Source: an uncultured Pelagibacteraceae bacterium (GTDB taxonomy: Bacteria > Pseudomonadota > Alphaproteobacteria > Pelagibacterales > AG-422-B15). From it: DNA of 64,000 nucleotides. Positions 46,911-57,246 of this stretch are shown in pieces. The translations under genes were made by a program, and so were the position numbers. The notes beneath the pieces are model-generated. The model saw only the letters and a program-made list of their open reading frames with translations. It made no database searches and was not told the origin of the DNA. The DNA lies in contig CACCKE010000005.1 in assembly GCA_902546615.1 (NCBI GenBank), forward strand, positions 19-64,018. Direction: 5' to 3'. How positions within the stretch are numbered: the stretch's first letter is position 1; each line of letters starts with the position of its first letter.

Positions 46911-47963
46911 TTAAGTACGATTTTTTATATACCAATCAATAGTGTTTTCTAGTGAAACTCGAAAATTAACCTCTGGTTGATAATCAAAAAATTTTTTTGC
47001 CTTATCAATATTTGCCTGAGAATGTGTTATATCGCCTACTCTAAAATCAAGAAATTCTGGATCAGGAATAATTATGTCCATTTTTTCCTTAATAATATCT
47101 CTTATCAAGGTATAAAGTTCATTTAATGATGTTCTTGCATTAACTGCTACATTAAAAACTTGCTTTATCTGAGGATTAAAAGCACAGAAGGAAGCTTGCA
47201 AATTAGCTTGAATTGCATTTTCAATATAACAGAAATCTCTACTGGTATTTCCATCTCCATAAATTTCAATTTTTGAATTTGAAAGCGCTCCTAAAATCCA
47301 CTTAGGAATAACAGCAGCGTAAGCTCCATTTGGATCCTGCCTTTTACCAAAAATATTAAAATATCTTAATCCAATTGACTCCAGTTTATAAATTTTTCTG
47401 TATACATCAGAATATAATTCATTAACAAATTTTGTAACAGAGTATGGACTCAAGGGATTGCCTGTAACTTCTTCTACTTTTGGAAGGGAAGGGTGATCTC
47501 CATAAACTGAAGAAGAAGATGCATAGACAAACCTTTTAACATTTTCCTCATAAGCAGCGATTAACATATTTAACATACCATTTATATTTATTGAATTTGT
47601 CTTTTCAGGCATTTGAATGGATCTAGGCACTGAACCTAAGGCAGCCTGATGCAAAACATATTCTACACCTTTAATTGCTCGACGACATATATCAAGGTCT
47701 TCAATACTACCTTCTATGAGTTCAAATTTATCATTAAGGTCTTTATTGCTTATAGATTTGCCATGGTTTTTGCTCGCACAACTAAGTGCATCATCGATAT
47801 TTGATTGACTCCCAGTAATAAAATTATCTAATCCAACAACTTTTTGATTTAGATTAAGTAATCTCTCTACTAAATTAGAACCAATGAAACCTGCAGCGCC
47901 TGTAACAAGCCAAGTGTGCTCATTATCTTTTAAGTATTTTTCTAGCGATTTATAATCTCTCAT
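46911..47963 (-). CDS. NAD-dependent UDP-N-acetylhexosamin(uron)ate 4-epimerase, WbpP/TviC-like
   Basis: WLVTGAAGFIGSNLVERLL, YASSSSVYG and YSVTKFVNE. Confidence 0.8.
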   Translation of the reverse strand: MRDYKSLEKYLKDNEHTWLVTGAAGFIGSNLVERLLNLNQKVVGLDNFITGSQSNIDDALSCASKNHGKSISNKDLNDKFELIEGSIEDLDICRRAIKGVEYVLHQAALGSVPRSIQMPEKTNSININGMLNMLIAAYEENVKRFVYASSSSVYGDHPSLPKVEEVTGNPLSPYSVTKFVNELYSDVYRKIYKLESIGLRYFNIFGKRQDPNGAYAAVIPKWILGALSNSKIEIYGDGNTSRDFCYIENAIQANLQASFCAFNPQIKQVFNVAVNARTSLNELYTLIRDIIKEKMDIIIPDPEFLDFRVGDITHSQANIDKAKKFFDYQPEVNFRVSLENTIDWYIKNRT

Positions 47964-49257
47964 CTACAATCTTATTTGGAAGAATTTTTTTTATGTCATA
48001 AATAACCGATTTCTTTTTTACATAACTAAGAATTTTTTCATTACTCATGCTTTTAAACTGTTTATGCGCTACTGCTGAAATGACTACATCATAAAATCTT
48101 TTTCTTGGAATATTTAAAAACCTACATTTTTTGTCTATTTTTATACTTGCACTATCCACCCACGGATCAACAATATGAATTATATTACTAAATTTTTTAA
48201 GTGAAGAAACGATATCTACAACTCGGGTATTCCTGACATCAGGGCAATTTTCTTTGAATGTAAAACCTAATATCAACACGTTTATTTTTTTTGATTTGAT
48301 TTTTTTTTGCTTAAGTAATTTTTTTATCCTTTGAGTAATAAAAAATCCCATAGAATCATTAATTCTTCTTCCAGAGAGTATTACTTTAGGAATATAACCT
48401 TTCTTAGCTGATTGATAAGTTAAATAATATGGATCTACACCAATACAGTGACCGCCAACAAGGCCTGGACTAAAAGGCATAAAATTCCATTTCGTACTAG
48501 CGGCTTCAATTACTTCACTTGTATCAATATTTAATTTTTTAAATATGATTGCTAATTCATTTACTAAAGCAATATTAATGTCTCTTTGAGTATTTTCAAT
48601 TACCTTTGCAGCCTCTGCAGTTTTTATATCTTTAGTCAAATAAGTACCTGCTTTGATAATTGATAAATATAATAAATTTATCAATTTTGCTGATTTAGTT
48701 GTAGATCCAGAAACTAATTTTTTTATGTTTTTAAGATTATGATTGCTATCACCAGTATTGATTCTTTCTGGACTATATCCAACATAAAAGCCTCTAGTGG
48801 TAAATTTTTGGTTACTTTGATTAATATAATTTAAAGATGAATTACTTTCCAAAATAGGTACACATACCTCTTCTGTAGCACCAGGAAAAACTGTTGATTC
48901 ATAAATTACTATATCTTGATCATCTAACAGTTTGCCAACTAATTGACTTGCATATTTCAAGTTTCTTAAATCTGGAATTTTGTTTCTAAATATGGGAGTT
49001 GGAACTGTGATTATATATATATTACAATTTTTAAGTTTATTAATATCATCTGAAAAAAATAATTTTTTTGAATTTTTTAAGTCACTTTTGGATATCTCCA
49101 ATGTATCATCATAGCCAATATTTAACCTATTAACTCTTTGCTTATTTGTATCAAAAGCAATAGTTTTGTATATTTTACCAAATTCTACAGCTAGAGGTAA
49201 ACCTACATATCCGATACCAATAATTCCTATATTAAAATTTAATTTTTTAGTTTTCAT
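47950..49257 (-). CDS. UDP-N-acetylhexosamine 6-dehydrogenase (UDP-glucose/GDP-mannose dehydrogenase family; TviB/WbpO/WbpA-like)
   Basis: NIGIIGIGYVGLPLAVEF and the catalytic-Cys region GLVGGHCIGVDPYYL. The preferred start is ATG 49257 (MKTKKL), which removes the overlap with the ABC gene. Confidence 0.85.
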   Translation of the reverse strand: MKTKKLNFNIGIIGIGYVGLPLAVEFGKIYKTIAFDTNKQRVNRLNIGYDDTLEISKSDLKNSKKLFFSDDINKLKNCNIYIITVPTPIFRNKIPDLRNLKYASQLVGKLLDDQDIVIYESTVFPGATEEVCVPILESNSSLNYINQSNQKFTTRGFYVGYSPERINTGDSNHNLKNIKKLVSGSTTKSAKLINLLYLSIIKAGTYLTKDIKTAEAAKVIENTQRDINIALVNELAIIFKKLNIDTSEVIEAASTKWNFMPFSPGLVGGHCIGVDPYYLTYQSAKKGYIPKVILSGRRINDSMGFFITQRIKKLLKQKKIKSKKINVLILGFTFKENCPDVRNTRVVDIVSSLKKFSNIIHIVDPWVDSASIKIDKKCRFLNIPRKRFYDVVISAVAHKQFKSMSNEKILSYVKKKSVIYDIKKILPNKIVDERL

Positions 49258-50971
49258 TAACCAATTGACCATTACTTATTTTGATTATTTTGTCACAACT
49301 ACGAAAGGACTCCTCTCGATGAGAAACTATTACCACCGTCAATCCATTTAGAGAAGTAACTAAATCAATTATATTTTTTTCAGTTTTAACATCAAGAAAA
49401 CTTGAAGCTTCATCAAAAACAAGTACTTCAGGATTATTATATAAAGATCTAGCAATAGCAATTCTTTGCTTCTGTCCTCCTGATAATCTTATTCCATCCT
49501 CACCAACAATAGTATCTAAGCCATTAGGTAGTTGATTAATAAATTCATCTAACTCAGTTTTTTTTATTACTTTTTGGATATCGTTCTCATTAATATTAAT
49601 TTCTGCAATACCAAGTGCTATATTATTTCTGATTGTATCATCAATTAAATATATATTTTGAGAAACATAGCCAATAATATTTTGCCAGGATCTTATATTA
49701 TTATCCTCAATTTTTTTTCCATCAACATATACGGCCCCCTGACTCGGTTTAATAAGACCTAATAAAATATCTAGGAATGTACTTTTTCCAGAACCATTTG
49801 CTCCTTGAATAGCAATGCATTGATTTTTTTTTATATCTACATTTATATTACTTAAACTAGTTTTTTTAGAGTTCGGATAAGAATAATAAACATGTTTGAA
49901 TTGAATTGATTCAACAAATTTAAATTTTTCATTATTTAAATTCACTGACTGATTTGAAGATAGATTTAATTCATTATGAAGATTATCAATAACTGGGGAA
50001 ATAAATCTTAAACTTTGTAAACTATAAAGTATTCTATTTACAGATGGCATTAACCTAAAGGATGCAGCAGCAAAAATTCCTAAAATAGGGATTAGAGAAT
50101 TTATATCTTCGCCGTTATGATTTAAGATTATAATTACAATAGAAAAAACGCAAACGGCCATAAACTCTATAAATTGTCTTGGTACTGACTGAAGCAAAGT
50201 ATTAAATTTACTCATATTTGCACTTTGCTGAGTATGATATGAATAATGAGAAATTGTGTTATTTTCTCTTCCCATCAATTTTATATCTTTAATTCCTCTA
50301 ATACCTTGTTGGAAATACTTTACTTTTAAACCTTCATGATACTGTCTTTTAAAGCCCCAATTCTTCAGTCTGTTTCTCAGGGAAAGATAAAAAATAGCAG
50401 CAAAAAAGGAAAGTAAAGATAAAACAACAATAGATGTTAACGGTTGATAGTAAAATAATAGTAGAGAAATACCCAATACTACCAAAACTTCAGCTATTAA
50501 GTTTGCAAGAGCCATAATGCTGGCGCTAAACTGATTAACTTCGCCATTTGTATTTCTAAATAGCTCAGCTGAATTTCGATTAAAAAAAAATGCATAATCT
50601 TGCTTGATATAGTTCTCATAAAGCCTTGAAGACATTTGCGCGCACAAATTCCAAACATAATTTGACTGTTTCCAAGATATGAATGATAAAAATGTAAATT
50701 TGAGAAAAAATACAAAAACTACAAGAATTACTAATAAAATAAATATATCTGAAAAGTTATTTAATAAATAATAATCAAAATAATTTCTAAGATTAATATT
50801 ATTTTTCAGATATTCTGGGTCTGTTAAAAAAGAAAATAATGGTATTAATGTTCCAATACTAAGTACTTCGAGAATCATCCCTATTGTCATAAGAAAGATT
50901 AAGAGAATTGCATCTTTTTTTTGTTTAGAATTTAATAATTTTATTATTTTGGTTACCATACTCTCATACAT
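49247..50971 (-). CDS. fused TMD-NBD ABC exporter (MsbA/PglK-like; candidate lipid-linked glycan flippase)
   Basis: Six predicted TM helices, Walker A GANGSGKST, signature LSGGQKQRIAIARS and Walker B VLVFDEASS. The preferred start ATG 50971 (MYESMV) lies 4 nt after the upstream stop. Confidence 0.85.
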   Translation of the reverse strand: MYESMVTKIIKLLNSKQKKDAILLIFLMTIGMILEVLSIGTLIPLFSFLTDPEYLKNNINLRNYFDYYLLNNFSDIFILLVILVVFVFFLKFTFLSFISWKQSNYVWNLCAQMSSRLYENYIKQDYAFFFNRNSAELFRNTNGEVNQFSASIMALANLIAEVLVVLGISLLLFYYQPLTSIVVLSLLSFFAAIFYLSLRNRLKNWGFKRQYHEGLKVKYFQQGIRGIKDIKLMGRENNTISHYSYHTQQSANMSKFNTLLQSVPRQFIEFMAVCVFSIVIIILNHNGEDINSLIPILGIFAAASFRLMPSVNRILYSLQSLRFISPVIDNLHNELNLSSNQSVNLNNEKFKFVESIQFKHVYYSYPNSKKTSLSNINVDIKKNQCIAIQGANGSGKSTFLDILLGLIKPSQGAVYVDGKKIEDNNIRSWQNIIGYVSQNIYLIDDTIRNNIALGIAEININENDIQKVIKKTELDEFINQLPNGLDTIVGEDGIRLSGGQKQRIAIARSLYNNPEVLVFDEASSFLDVKTEKNIIDLVTSLNGLTVVIVSHREESFRSCDKIIKISNGQLVNEN

Positions 50972-50975
50972 TTCA

Positions 50976-52211
50976 TCATGAATTAGATTTGATCCATGCG
51001 GGTGATACTCTACATTTATATTTAAGAATATCACTTTTTTTATTTAAAATTATCTCATTAGAAAAATCCTGGTTAATTTGATGATTTTCGGAATATTCTA
51101 AAAATTCTTTTATTATTTCTAAAATTAAATCCTCATTATGGTTTTCAGTTTTAAATCCATCAATTTCATATCTATCATAATAGTCATTAAGTAATTTTAC
51201 TGCCGGAATAAGTTTTCCATTTTGATCTCTAGCGTTTTTATAAGAATATGTACAATTATATGTAGCAGAGTTATATGGCAATGCATTTAATACTAATATG
51301 TGTGGAGGCGGGACAGTTGATAAAGGAAATTGAATCCCTCCCCCATTTGATCCAACAAAATATTTACAATTTAATGCAGAATAAATACATAATTCATCTT
51401 TGTTAACATTTAATATTTCAGCGCAAACTATATTCAACTCTTTAATATCATTTTTAACTTTTTCAAAACAGTAATCTCCATATAAAAAAATTTTAAATCC
51501 CTTATTATTTAAGTATTTAAAAGATTTAATATACTCTTTCCAATCTGAAGATGATCTTAAAAACTCGTCAGGATAATCTTTATCAACTCCTTTATACCTC
51601 AAATAAAAACAAATTATTTTTTCTTTAATTTCATTTATCTCTTTTTTGTAAAATTCTCTAATTTTTTTATCTAAATTTAATTTTATTTTTTGATTTAATT
51701 TGATAGATGGCCTCCTGACCTCAATTGGATAACACTTTCTAATAATAGATGCTTGAGTATCATTAACACCATAGTCTAATTTTATTTTCTTGATATGATC
51801 TTCAGCTGTAAGAATTTTTTTCTTTTTAAAGAGATATTTAATTAATTTTAAAAAGAACTGATAGAACTTAATTGAGTCATGTTTATTTAAACATAAATTT
51901 TTATTTTTGACTTTGATCAGATTACTAGAAATATTTATAAATCTCAGAGTGATATCTGTAAATGCTTGTTGAAGCAAATAATTATGCTTGCCGTTATTAA
52001 AAAAAATTACAATTGTACTTGCTGGATCAAATTTTCTTCTAATATATTCTGTATCAGAAAGTGCAACTCCTGCACCCCATCCGTGATGAAATATAAATAT
52101 ATTTTTCTTATTAATTGATAAAACAATGGTGTTTATGCAATTTAAAGTAAATATAGGAATTATAATAATTTTTTTTATTAAAGATATAAAGCTCTGAGTT
52201 AAGGGATGCAT
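50976..52211 (-). CDS. uncharacterised 411-aa protein (possible glycosyltransferase)
   Basis: Long intact ORF in operon context. No motif I can assign; FVGSNGGGIQFPL is the only conserved-looking segment. Confidence 0.45.
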   Translation of the reverse strand: MHPLTQSFISLIKKIIIIPIFTLNCINTIVLSINKKNIFIFHHGWGAGVALSDTEYIRRKFDPASTIVIFFNNGKHNYLLQQAFTDITLRFINISSNLIKVKNKNLCLNKHDSIKFYQFFLKLIKYLFKKKKILTAEDHIKKIKLDYGVNDTQASIIRKCYPIEVRRPSIKLNQKIKLNLDKKIREFYKKEINEIKEKIICFYLRYKGVDKDYPDEFLRSSSDWKEYIKSFKYLNNKGFKIFLYGDYCFEKVKNDIKELNIVCAEILNVNKDELCIYSALNCKYFVGSNGGGIQFPLSTVPPPHILVLNALPYNSATYNCTYSYKNARDQNGKLIPAVKLLNDYYDRYEIDGFKTENHNEDLILEIIKEFLEYSENHQINQDFSNEIILNKKSDILKYKCRVSPAWIKSNS

Positions 52212-52252
52212 AATCCAATTGTTTTCTACTGTTAAATGTAATATTTGAGTTA

Positions 52253-52960
52253 TTAAATTTTTTGCATATTGTTTGCTAAATTATAATTTTCAATTGTGCC
52301 TATATCTATTACTTTGCTTGAAATTTCATAAGTATATATTCTATCCATAAAATTTGGTATTACATCATTACTAAAATCAGAAACATTATGAAAATCATTT
52401 TTTAATATTCTTAAAAACTCTTTTGAAAGAATATAAATGGCAGCATTGGCTAAGTTTGAAGGAGGGTTATTTTTTTTTTCATAAAAATCGTATACTACTT
52501 TATCTTTATCTACCTTGACAACACCACAAGTTTCAGGATTGTTTGTCCGGAAAACAAGCATAGTTAACAAGCATTTTTTTGGTCTTTCTTTGTGAGCTTT
52601 ATGAAATAAATCAAAATCTATCGTGCAATAGTTATCACTATGCAGCATTAAAATATCTTCGTCATCATCTTCAATAAATGTATTAATGTTGTTAATTAAA
52701 GTTCCAGCTGTTCCTAGTAATTCATTTTCATATAATAGGTTAATCTTTTCTTTATACACGGTGTTATTAAAAAAAGATTTGAATCTTTCAGGTAAGTAAT
52801 GATAATTTATGAATAAGGGACCAAAATTAAATTTTAATAACATTTCAATCCAAATTTCTAATAACGGCTTACCATTTATAGTTAACAATGGTTTGGGAAT
52901 GTCATTAGTCAGCGGTCTTAATCTCTTTCCATATCCAGCTGATAGTAATAAAACTTTCAT
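52253..52960 (-). CDS. sugar-1-phosphate nucleotidyltransferase (HddC/RmlA-superfamily)
   Basis: MKVLLLSAGYGKRLRPLTNDIPKPLL (GxGxRL motif), 235 aa. 4-nt overlap with the upstream fusion gene. Confidence 0.8.
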   Translation of the reverse strand: MKVLLLSAGYGKRLRPLTNDIPKPLLTINGKPLLEIWIEMLLKFNFGPLFINYHYLPERFKSFFNNTVYKEKINLLYENELLGTAGTLINNINTFIEDDDEDILMLHSDNYCTIDFDLFHKAHKERPKKCLLTMLVFRTNNPETCGVVKVDKDKVVYDFYEKKNNPPSNLANAAIYILSKEFLRILKNDFHNVSDFSNDVIPNFMDRIYTYEISSKVIDIGTIENYNLANNMQKI

Positions 52961-54420
52961 ATGGCTTGTTTTTTTATAGCTCTTATTAATTGTTTTTGAT
53001 CTATTGGCAGGTTACCTAATTGTCCAACTTGTATGGATGCCATGAACATACCAAGAAGACTAGAAAGCCATATATTTGAGCCGCAGGCCAACGCAAGAGA
53101 ACTGGCAACAAGCATAGAGTCTCCTGCACCGGCAATATCTCTTGGATTATTATTAAAAGAAGGGACTTTATCAGTGACAATTTTAGACCCACTTTTTTTT
53201 GCCAAATTTATAAGAAGTCCGTCTGCACCAAGTTTCATTAAAATGTATTGTACTTTTGACCTTTCAAAAAGCTTATCAGCTATAACAACAAGTCCATCCT
53301 GCTGGTTTTTAACACTTATCCTTGCTTCTTTTTCTGTAGGAGTGATTAAGTTAACATCTTTATATTTTCCTATATCACCAATTTGTGAAGAACTTTGGCA
53401 ATCTGCAGTCATAATGCATTTATTTTTTTTTCCTAAATTTATTAACCTCCCTAATAACTCATTAGGTAGGCACCCATAATTAAAATCAGAAAAAATTATT
53501 AAATCTATATTTTTAATCATACTCTTTAAGGCTAGAAAAATTTTATTTTGTGTTTCTATTGAAGCTGAAGTTTGCTGTATTTTCGATACTTTTAATAATG
53601 TCTTATTTTCACATCTAAATCTTTGCTTAAGAGTTGTTGGACGCGATTCTTCGATTATAAGATTGTATTTAACATCATTATTATCTAATTCATGAGTAGC
53701 AAAATTATAATTTTCATCTTGACCTGCAATAGATATTAAATTTACTTTTGCTCCAAGTTTAGATGCATGAGCAGCTACAATTCCTGCTCCGCCAATAAAT
53801 CTTTTTTCTTCTTGGGGCGAAATAACCATCACTGGCTCTTCACTTGACATGCCTAATGGTTGACAAGAAATATATTCATCAATTATTAAATCGCCGACAA
53901 CGGCAATTTTTAAGTTTTTAAATTTATGAATGGTGTTAATAAGGTCATCTTTTGTTAAACCATGTCTCTCTAAAAAGTTATCCGAAATTTTACTATTGTC
54001 TAAGCTATTAAGATCAAGTTCTTTTCTTATTAATAGTGAAGATGAGTAACCTGTATCTCCAGAGTTATAAACCAACTTTCCTCCGTATTTGGAAACAATT
54101 TTTTCTTCCGAATTGAAAAGAGATTCATGCTCTTTACCTTTAACAATAATGTCTGGTTTAATTTTTAGTATTGTGTCACTAAGAGATTTTTCTATTAAAG
54201 ATACTTCATCAACTAGTGAACAATTTTTGATAGAATCAATTCTTGATATTTCATCAATATAAGCTTTTGTACCTAATAGGTTATCAGAAAAAACTCCAAC
54301 AAATAATTTTCCACCGAGTGATTTAGCATATTTAAATAGTCTTAGATGGCCAGCATGAAGAATATTAAAATTTCCTGAGATAAAAATTCTTTGAATTTTT
54401 TTTTTATTTTTCATAATCAA
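52957..54420 (-). CDS. bifunctional cytidylyltransferase-like / PfkB sugar kinase fusion (HldE/RfaE-like domains in reversed order)
   Basis: The N-terminal part has IFISGNFNILHAGHLRLFKYA (HxGH nucleotidyltransferase). The C-terminal part has KIAVVGDLIIDEYISCQPLGMSSEEPVMV (RfaE domain I-like) and DIAGAGDSM (PfkB). Confidence 0.8.
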   Translation of the reverse strand: MIMKNKKKIQRIFISGNFNILHAGHLRLFKYAKSLGGKLFVGVFSDNLLGTKAYIDEISRIDSIKNCSLVDEVSLIEKSLSDTILKIKPDIIVKGKEHESLFNSEEKIVSKYGGKLVYNSGDTGYSSSLLIRKELDLNSLDNSKISDNFLERHGLTKDDLINTIHKFKNLKIAVVGDLIIDEYISCQPLGMSSEEPVMVISPQEEKRFIGGAGIVAAHASKLGAKVNLISIAGQDENYNFATHELDNNDVKYNLIIEESRPTTLKQRFRCENKTLLKVSKIQQTSASIETQNKIFLALKSMIKNIDLIIFSDFNYGCLPNELLGRLINLGKKNKCIMTADCQSSSQIGDIGKYKDVNLITPTEKEARISVKNQQDGLVVIADKLFERSKVQYILMKLGADGLLINLAKKSGSKIVTDKVPSFNNNPRDIAGAGDSMLVASSLALACGSNIWLSSLLGMFMASIQVGQLGNLPIDQKQLIRAIKKQAI

Positions 54421-54516
54421 TAAGCTTTGTATTTTTTATGTTAATGCATTATACATATTAATGATGTCATCTAAAAATCTAATAAATTTAGATTTAATTT
54501 TTTGTAAGTTAATACA
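54421..54516. promoter_or_regulatory. divergent intergenic spacer between the kinase/nucleotidyltransferase operon (-) and the transketolase-led operon (+); presumed promoters
   Basis: A 96-nt non-coding gap at a divergent junction. The downstream gene appears to use a TTG start at 54517. Confidence 0.35.
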
Positions 54517-55347
54517 TTGGATAAGTATAATAAACTAAAAAAAACCTCTTATAAGCTAAGAAAAGATATTTTTACATCTATTTATAAGGGTGGAGGCGGT
54601 CATGTAGGAGGTTCATTTTCAATAATTGATGCTCTCACATATTTATATTCTGAAATATTAAATATAGACCCAAAAAATCCAGAAGACATTAATAGAGATA
54701 GATTAATCTTTTCAAAAGGACATTCATGCCAAGCGTTATATTGGGTTTTATGTCACTTTGGTTTCTACAGTAAGTCATACTTAGAAGATTACGGTAAAGA
54801 TGGAGCTCGTTTTGCTGGACATCCTGAATTTGAAAAAGCTCCTGGTATAGAAATATCTAGTGGTTCATTGGGACATGGTCCTTCAATAGGAGCTGGAATT
54901 GCACATGCATGTGTACTTAATAATCAAGAGTCTAAAATATTTGTTATTGTAGGCGATGGAGAGACTAATGAAGGATCAGTGTGGGAAGCAATTTTGTGTG
55001 CATCGCAACTAAAACTAAATAATTTTTACTTAGTGATTGATAATAATCAATTTGAGTCATTGGATAAAACTAGCAATATTCTTGGGATCGAACCAATAGA
55101 CGAAAAGCTTAAATCTTTTGGGTTCGATGTAATTAGATGTAATGGTCATGATTTTGAAGAATTAGATTTATCATTCAAAAAAATTATTAATTTAGATAGC
55201 GAAAAACCAAAAGCAATTATATTAGATACTATAAAAGCTCATGGAATTAGTTTTACTACTGGTATAACAAAGTGGCATTATAGGTCCCCGACGGAGAAAG
55301 AATTAAAAATAGGTTTAGAAGAATTGGATAAAATAATAAATGCGTAA
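54517..55347 (+). CDS. transketolase, N-terminal (TPP-binding) subunit
   Basis: GGGGHVGGSFSIIDALTYLY, and the TPP motif VGDGETNEGSVWEAILCA. TTG start. Confidence 0.85.
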   Translation: MDKYNKLKKTSYKLRKDIFTSIYKGGGGHVGGSFSIIDALTYLYSEILNIDPKNPEDINRDRLIFSKGHSCQALYWVLCHFGFYSKSYLEDYGKDGARFAGHPEFEKAPGIEISSGSLGHGPSIGAGIAHACVLNNQESKIFVIVGDGETNEGSVWEAILCASQLKLNNFYLVIDNNQFESLDKTSNILGIEPIDEKLKSFGFDVIRCNGHDFEELDLSFKKIINLDSEKPKAIILDTIKAHGISFTTGITKWHYRSPTEKELKIGLEELDKIINA

Positions 55348-56260
55348 TTCACTAAGAGATGCTCTTTTAGAAATTAAAAAACCTGGAGATAAAATATATT
55401 TAATTGTTGGAGATATTGGATTTGGAGTATTTGAGGAATATTCGAAAAAATTTAAAGAAGATTATCTAAACATAGGTATATGTGAGTCTAACATGATAGG
55501 ATTTTCCTCTGGAATGTCGATGAATGGATTTTTGCCGATTGTATATACCATTGTTCCTTTTTTAACAATGAGACCATTTGAACAAATTAGAATTGACTTA
55601 GCTCTTCATAAAAGAAAAGTAATCCTTGTGGGTGTCGGAGGAGGATTAGCGTATGGTAATTTGGGCCCTACTCATCATAGTTTTGAGGATTTAACATTAA
55701 TGACCATTCTCCCAAATTTTGCTGTTTTCTCGCCTTCTCAACCTTCAGAAAGTAAAGAGGCTCTCACAGCAGCGCTTAATCATAATGGCCCAAGCTATAT
55801 AAGACTCGGTAAAAATGGAGAACCTGATCTATCTAAATTTATGCTTAAAGGTAATTCAAATCTTAAAAATTATTGCTATGATTATAAGAAGGCCGATGTA
55901 ACCATTCTAACGTATGGAGCTATAACTTATGAATGTATTATTGCTGCAAAAGAATTAATCAAAGATAAAGTAAATGTTGCTGTTGTCTCATTTTTTAAGA
56001 TAAAACCGCTTCCAAAAGATATATTAGAAGTATGTTTTGAAAGTAAAGCTTCATTAATTGTTGAAGAACATACTACATATCATTCGATTGGCACACACAT
56101 AGCTTCTAAAATCATGCAAAGAGGTTTAAGAGGAAAGCTAAAGATATTAGGAATAAATGATAAATTTACTGAAGAGGTAGGAAGTAGAGACTTTCTATTA
56201 AAAGCTCATAAAATAGATTCTAATTCAATTGTTAAAACAATTAGAGAAATGATTACATGA
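55340..56260 (+). CDS. transketolase, C-terminal (pyrimidine-binding + C-terminal domain) subunit
   Basis: GICESNMIGFSSGMSMNG and GPTHHSFEDLTLM. 8-nt overlap with the N-subunit gene. Confidence 0.85.
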   Translation: MRNSLRDALLEIKKPGDKIYLIVGDIGFGVFEEYSKKFKEDYLNIGICESNMIGFSSGMSMNGFLPIVYTIVPFLTMRPFEQIRIDLALHKRKVILVGVGGGLAYGNLGPTHHSFEDLTLMTILPNFAVFSPSQPSESKEALTAALNHNGPSYIRLGKNGEPDLSKFMLKGNSNLKNYCYDYKKADVTILTYGAITYECIIAAKELIKDKVNVAVVSFFKIKPLPKDILEVCFESKASLIVEEHTTYHSIGTHIASKIMQRGLRGKLKILGINDKFTEEVGSRDFLLKAHKIDSNSIVKTIREMIT

Positions 56261-57246
56261 AAAGGATATTAATAACAGGAGGAGGGGGATATGTTGGTTC
56301 TGCGCTAGTACCCCATTTAATTAATAAAGGTTATCACGTCACTGTATTAGATTGGTTTTTATATAAAAAAAATATTTTCGATCAATACAGTAAAGATAAG
56401 TTTAATAAGATTGTTGGCGATTTAAGAAATCTCGAAGATTTAAAAAAATCACTTAGTTCAGTTGATGCTGTAATTCATTTAGCATGCATATCAAATGATC
56501 CTTCAGCTGAGCTTAACCCAAAATTATCAATAGATATTAATCAAAATGCATTTAAATTACTCTTAGAAGAATCTAGAAAAGCAAAACTAAAAAGATTTAT
56601 TTTTGCATCTTCATCAAGTATTTACGGTATATCTGACTCACCTCAAGTTTATGAAGATCACCCTAGAGTTCCTGTTTCCCTCTACAATATATCAAAGGCG
56701 TGGTGTGAAGATCTGCTATACAATGAATATAAAGATATTCCATTTACAATTATTAGACCTGCAACTATTTGTGGTTATGCTGAAAGACTAAGATTAGACC
56801 TTGCAGTAAACTTACTTACCTCACACTGCATTCAAAACAAAAAAATAAGCATATTTGGAGGTGATCAATACAGACCTAACCTTCATATAAAAGATATGGT
56901 AAACTTATATTCATACTTTTTAGAAATAGAAGAAGAAAAAGTACTACACCAAGTATTTAATGCTTCATACAATAATTTTACTATTAATGAAATAGCTGAA
57001 GAAATAATTAATGAACTTAAGCCCAAGATAGGCAATATCTTAGTTGAAAATATTAAATCTAACGACCCAAGATCTTATCGAGTAAATACAGATAAGCTGA
57101 ATTCTATTGGATTTAAACCAAAATATACAATTAAACATGCTTCAAGAGATTTACTCGAAGCTTTCAATAGTGGAAAGGTAGAAGAATCTGTAACTAGTCC
57201 AATATATAACAATGTTTTAATGATGAAATCTCAAAATATATCATGA
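56257..57246 (+). CDS. NAD-dependent epimerase/dehydratase (extended SDR)
   Basis: ILITGGGGYVGSAL, ASSSSIYG and YNISKAWCE. ATGA overlap with the upstream gene. Confidence 0.75.
   Translation: MKRILITGGGGYVGSALVPHLINKGYHVTVLDWFLYKKNIFDQYSKDKFNKIVGDLRNLEDLKKSLSSVDAVIHLACISNDPSAELNPKLSIDINQNAFKLLLEESRKAKLKRFIFASSSSIYGISDSPQVYEDHPRVPVSLYNISKAWCEDLLYNEYKDIPFTIIRPATICGYAERLRLDLAVNLLTSHCIQNKKISIFGGDQYRPNLHIKDMVNLYSYFLEIEEEKVLHQVFNASYNNFTINEIAEEIINELKPKIGNILVENIKSNDPRSYRVNTDKLNSIGFKPKYTIKHASRDLLEAFNSGKVEESVTSPIYNNVLMMKSQNIS

Noticed and set aside
54517-56260. The split transketolase as the ordinary pentose-phosphate enzyme
   Set aside because: It is the first gene pair of a tightly overlapping ten-gene sugar-tailoring operon, which makes a locus-specific role more likely. 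Housekeeping use cannot be excluded without the rest of the genome.
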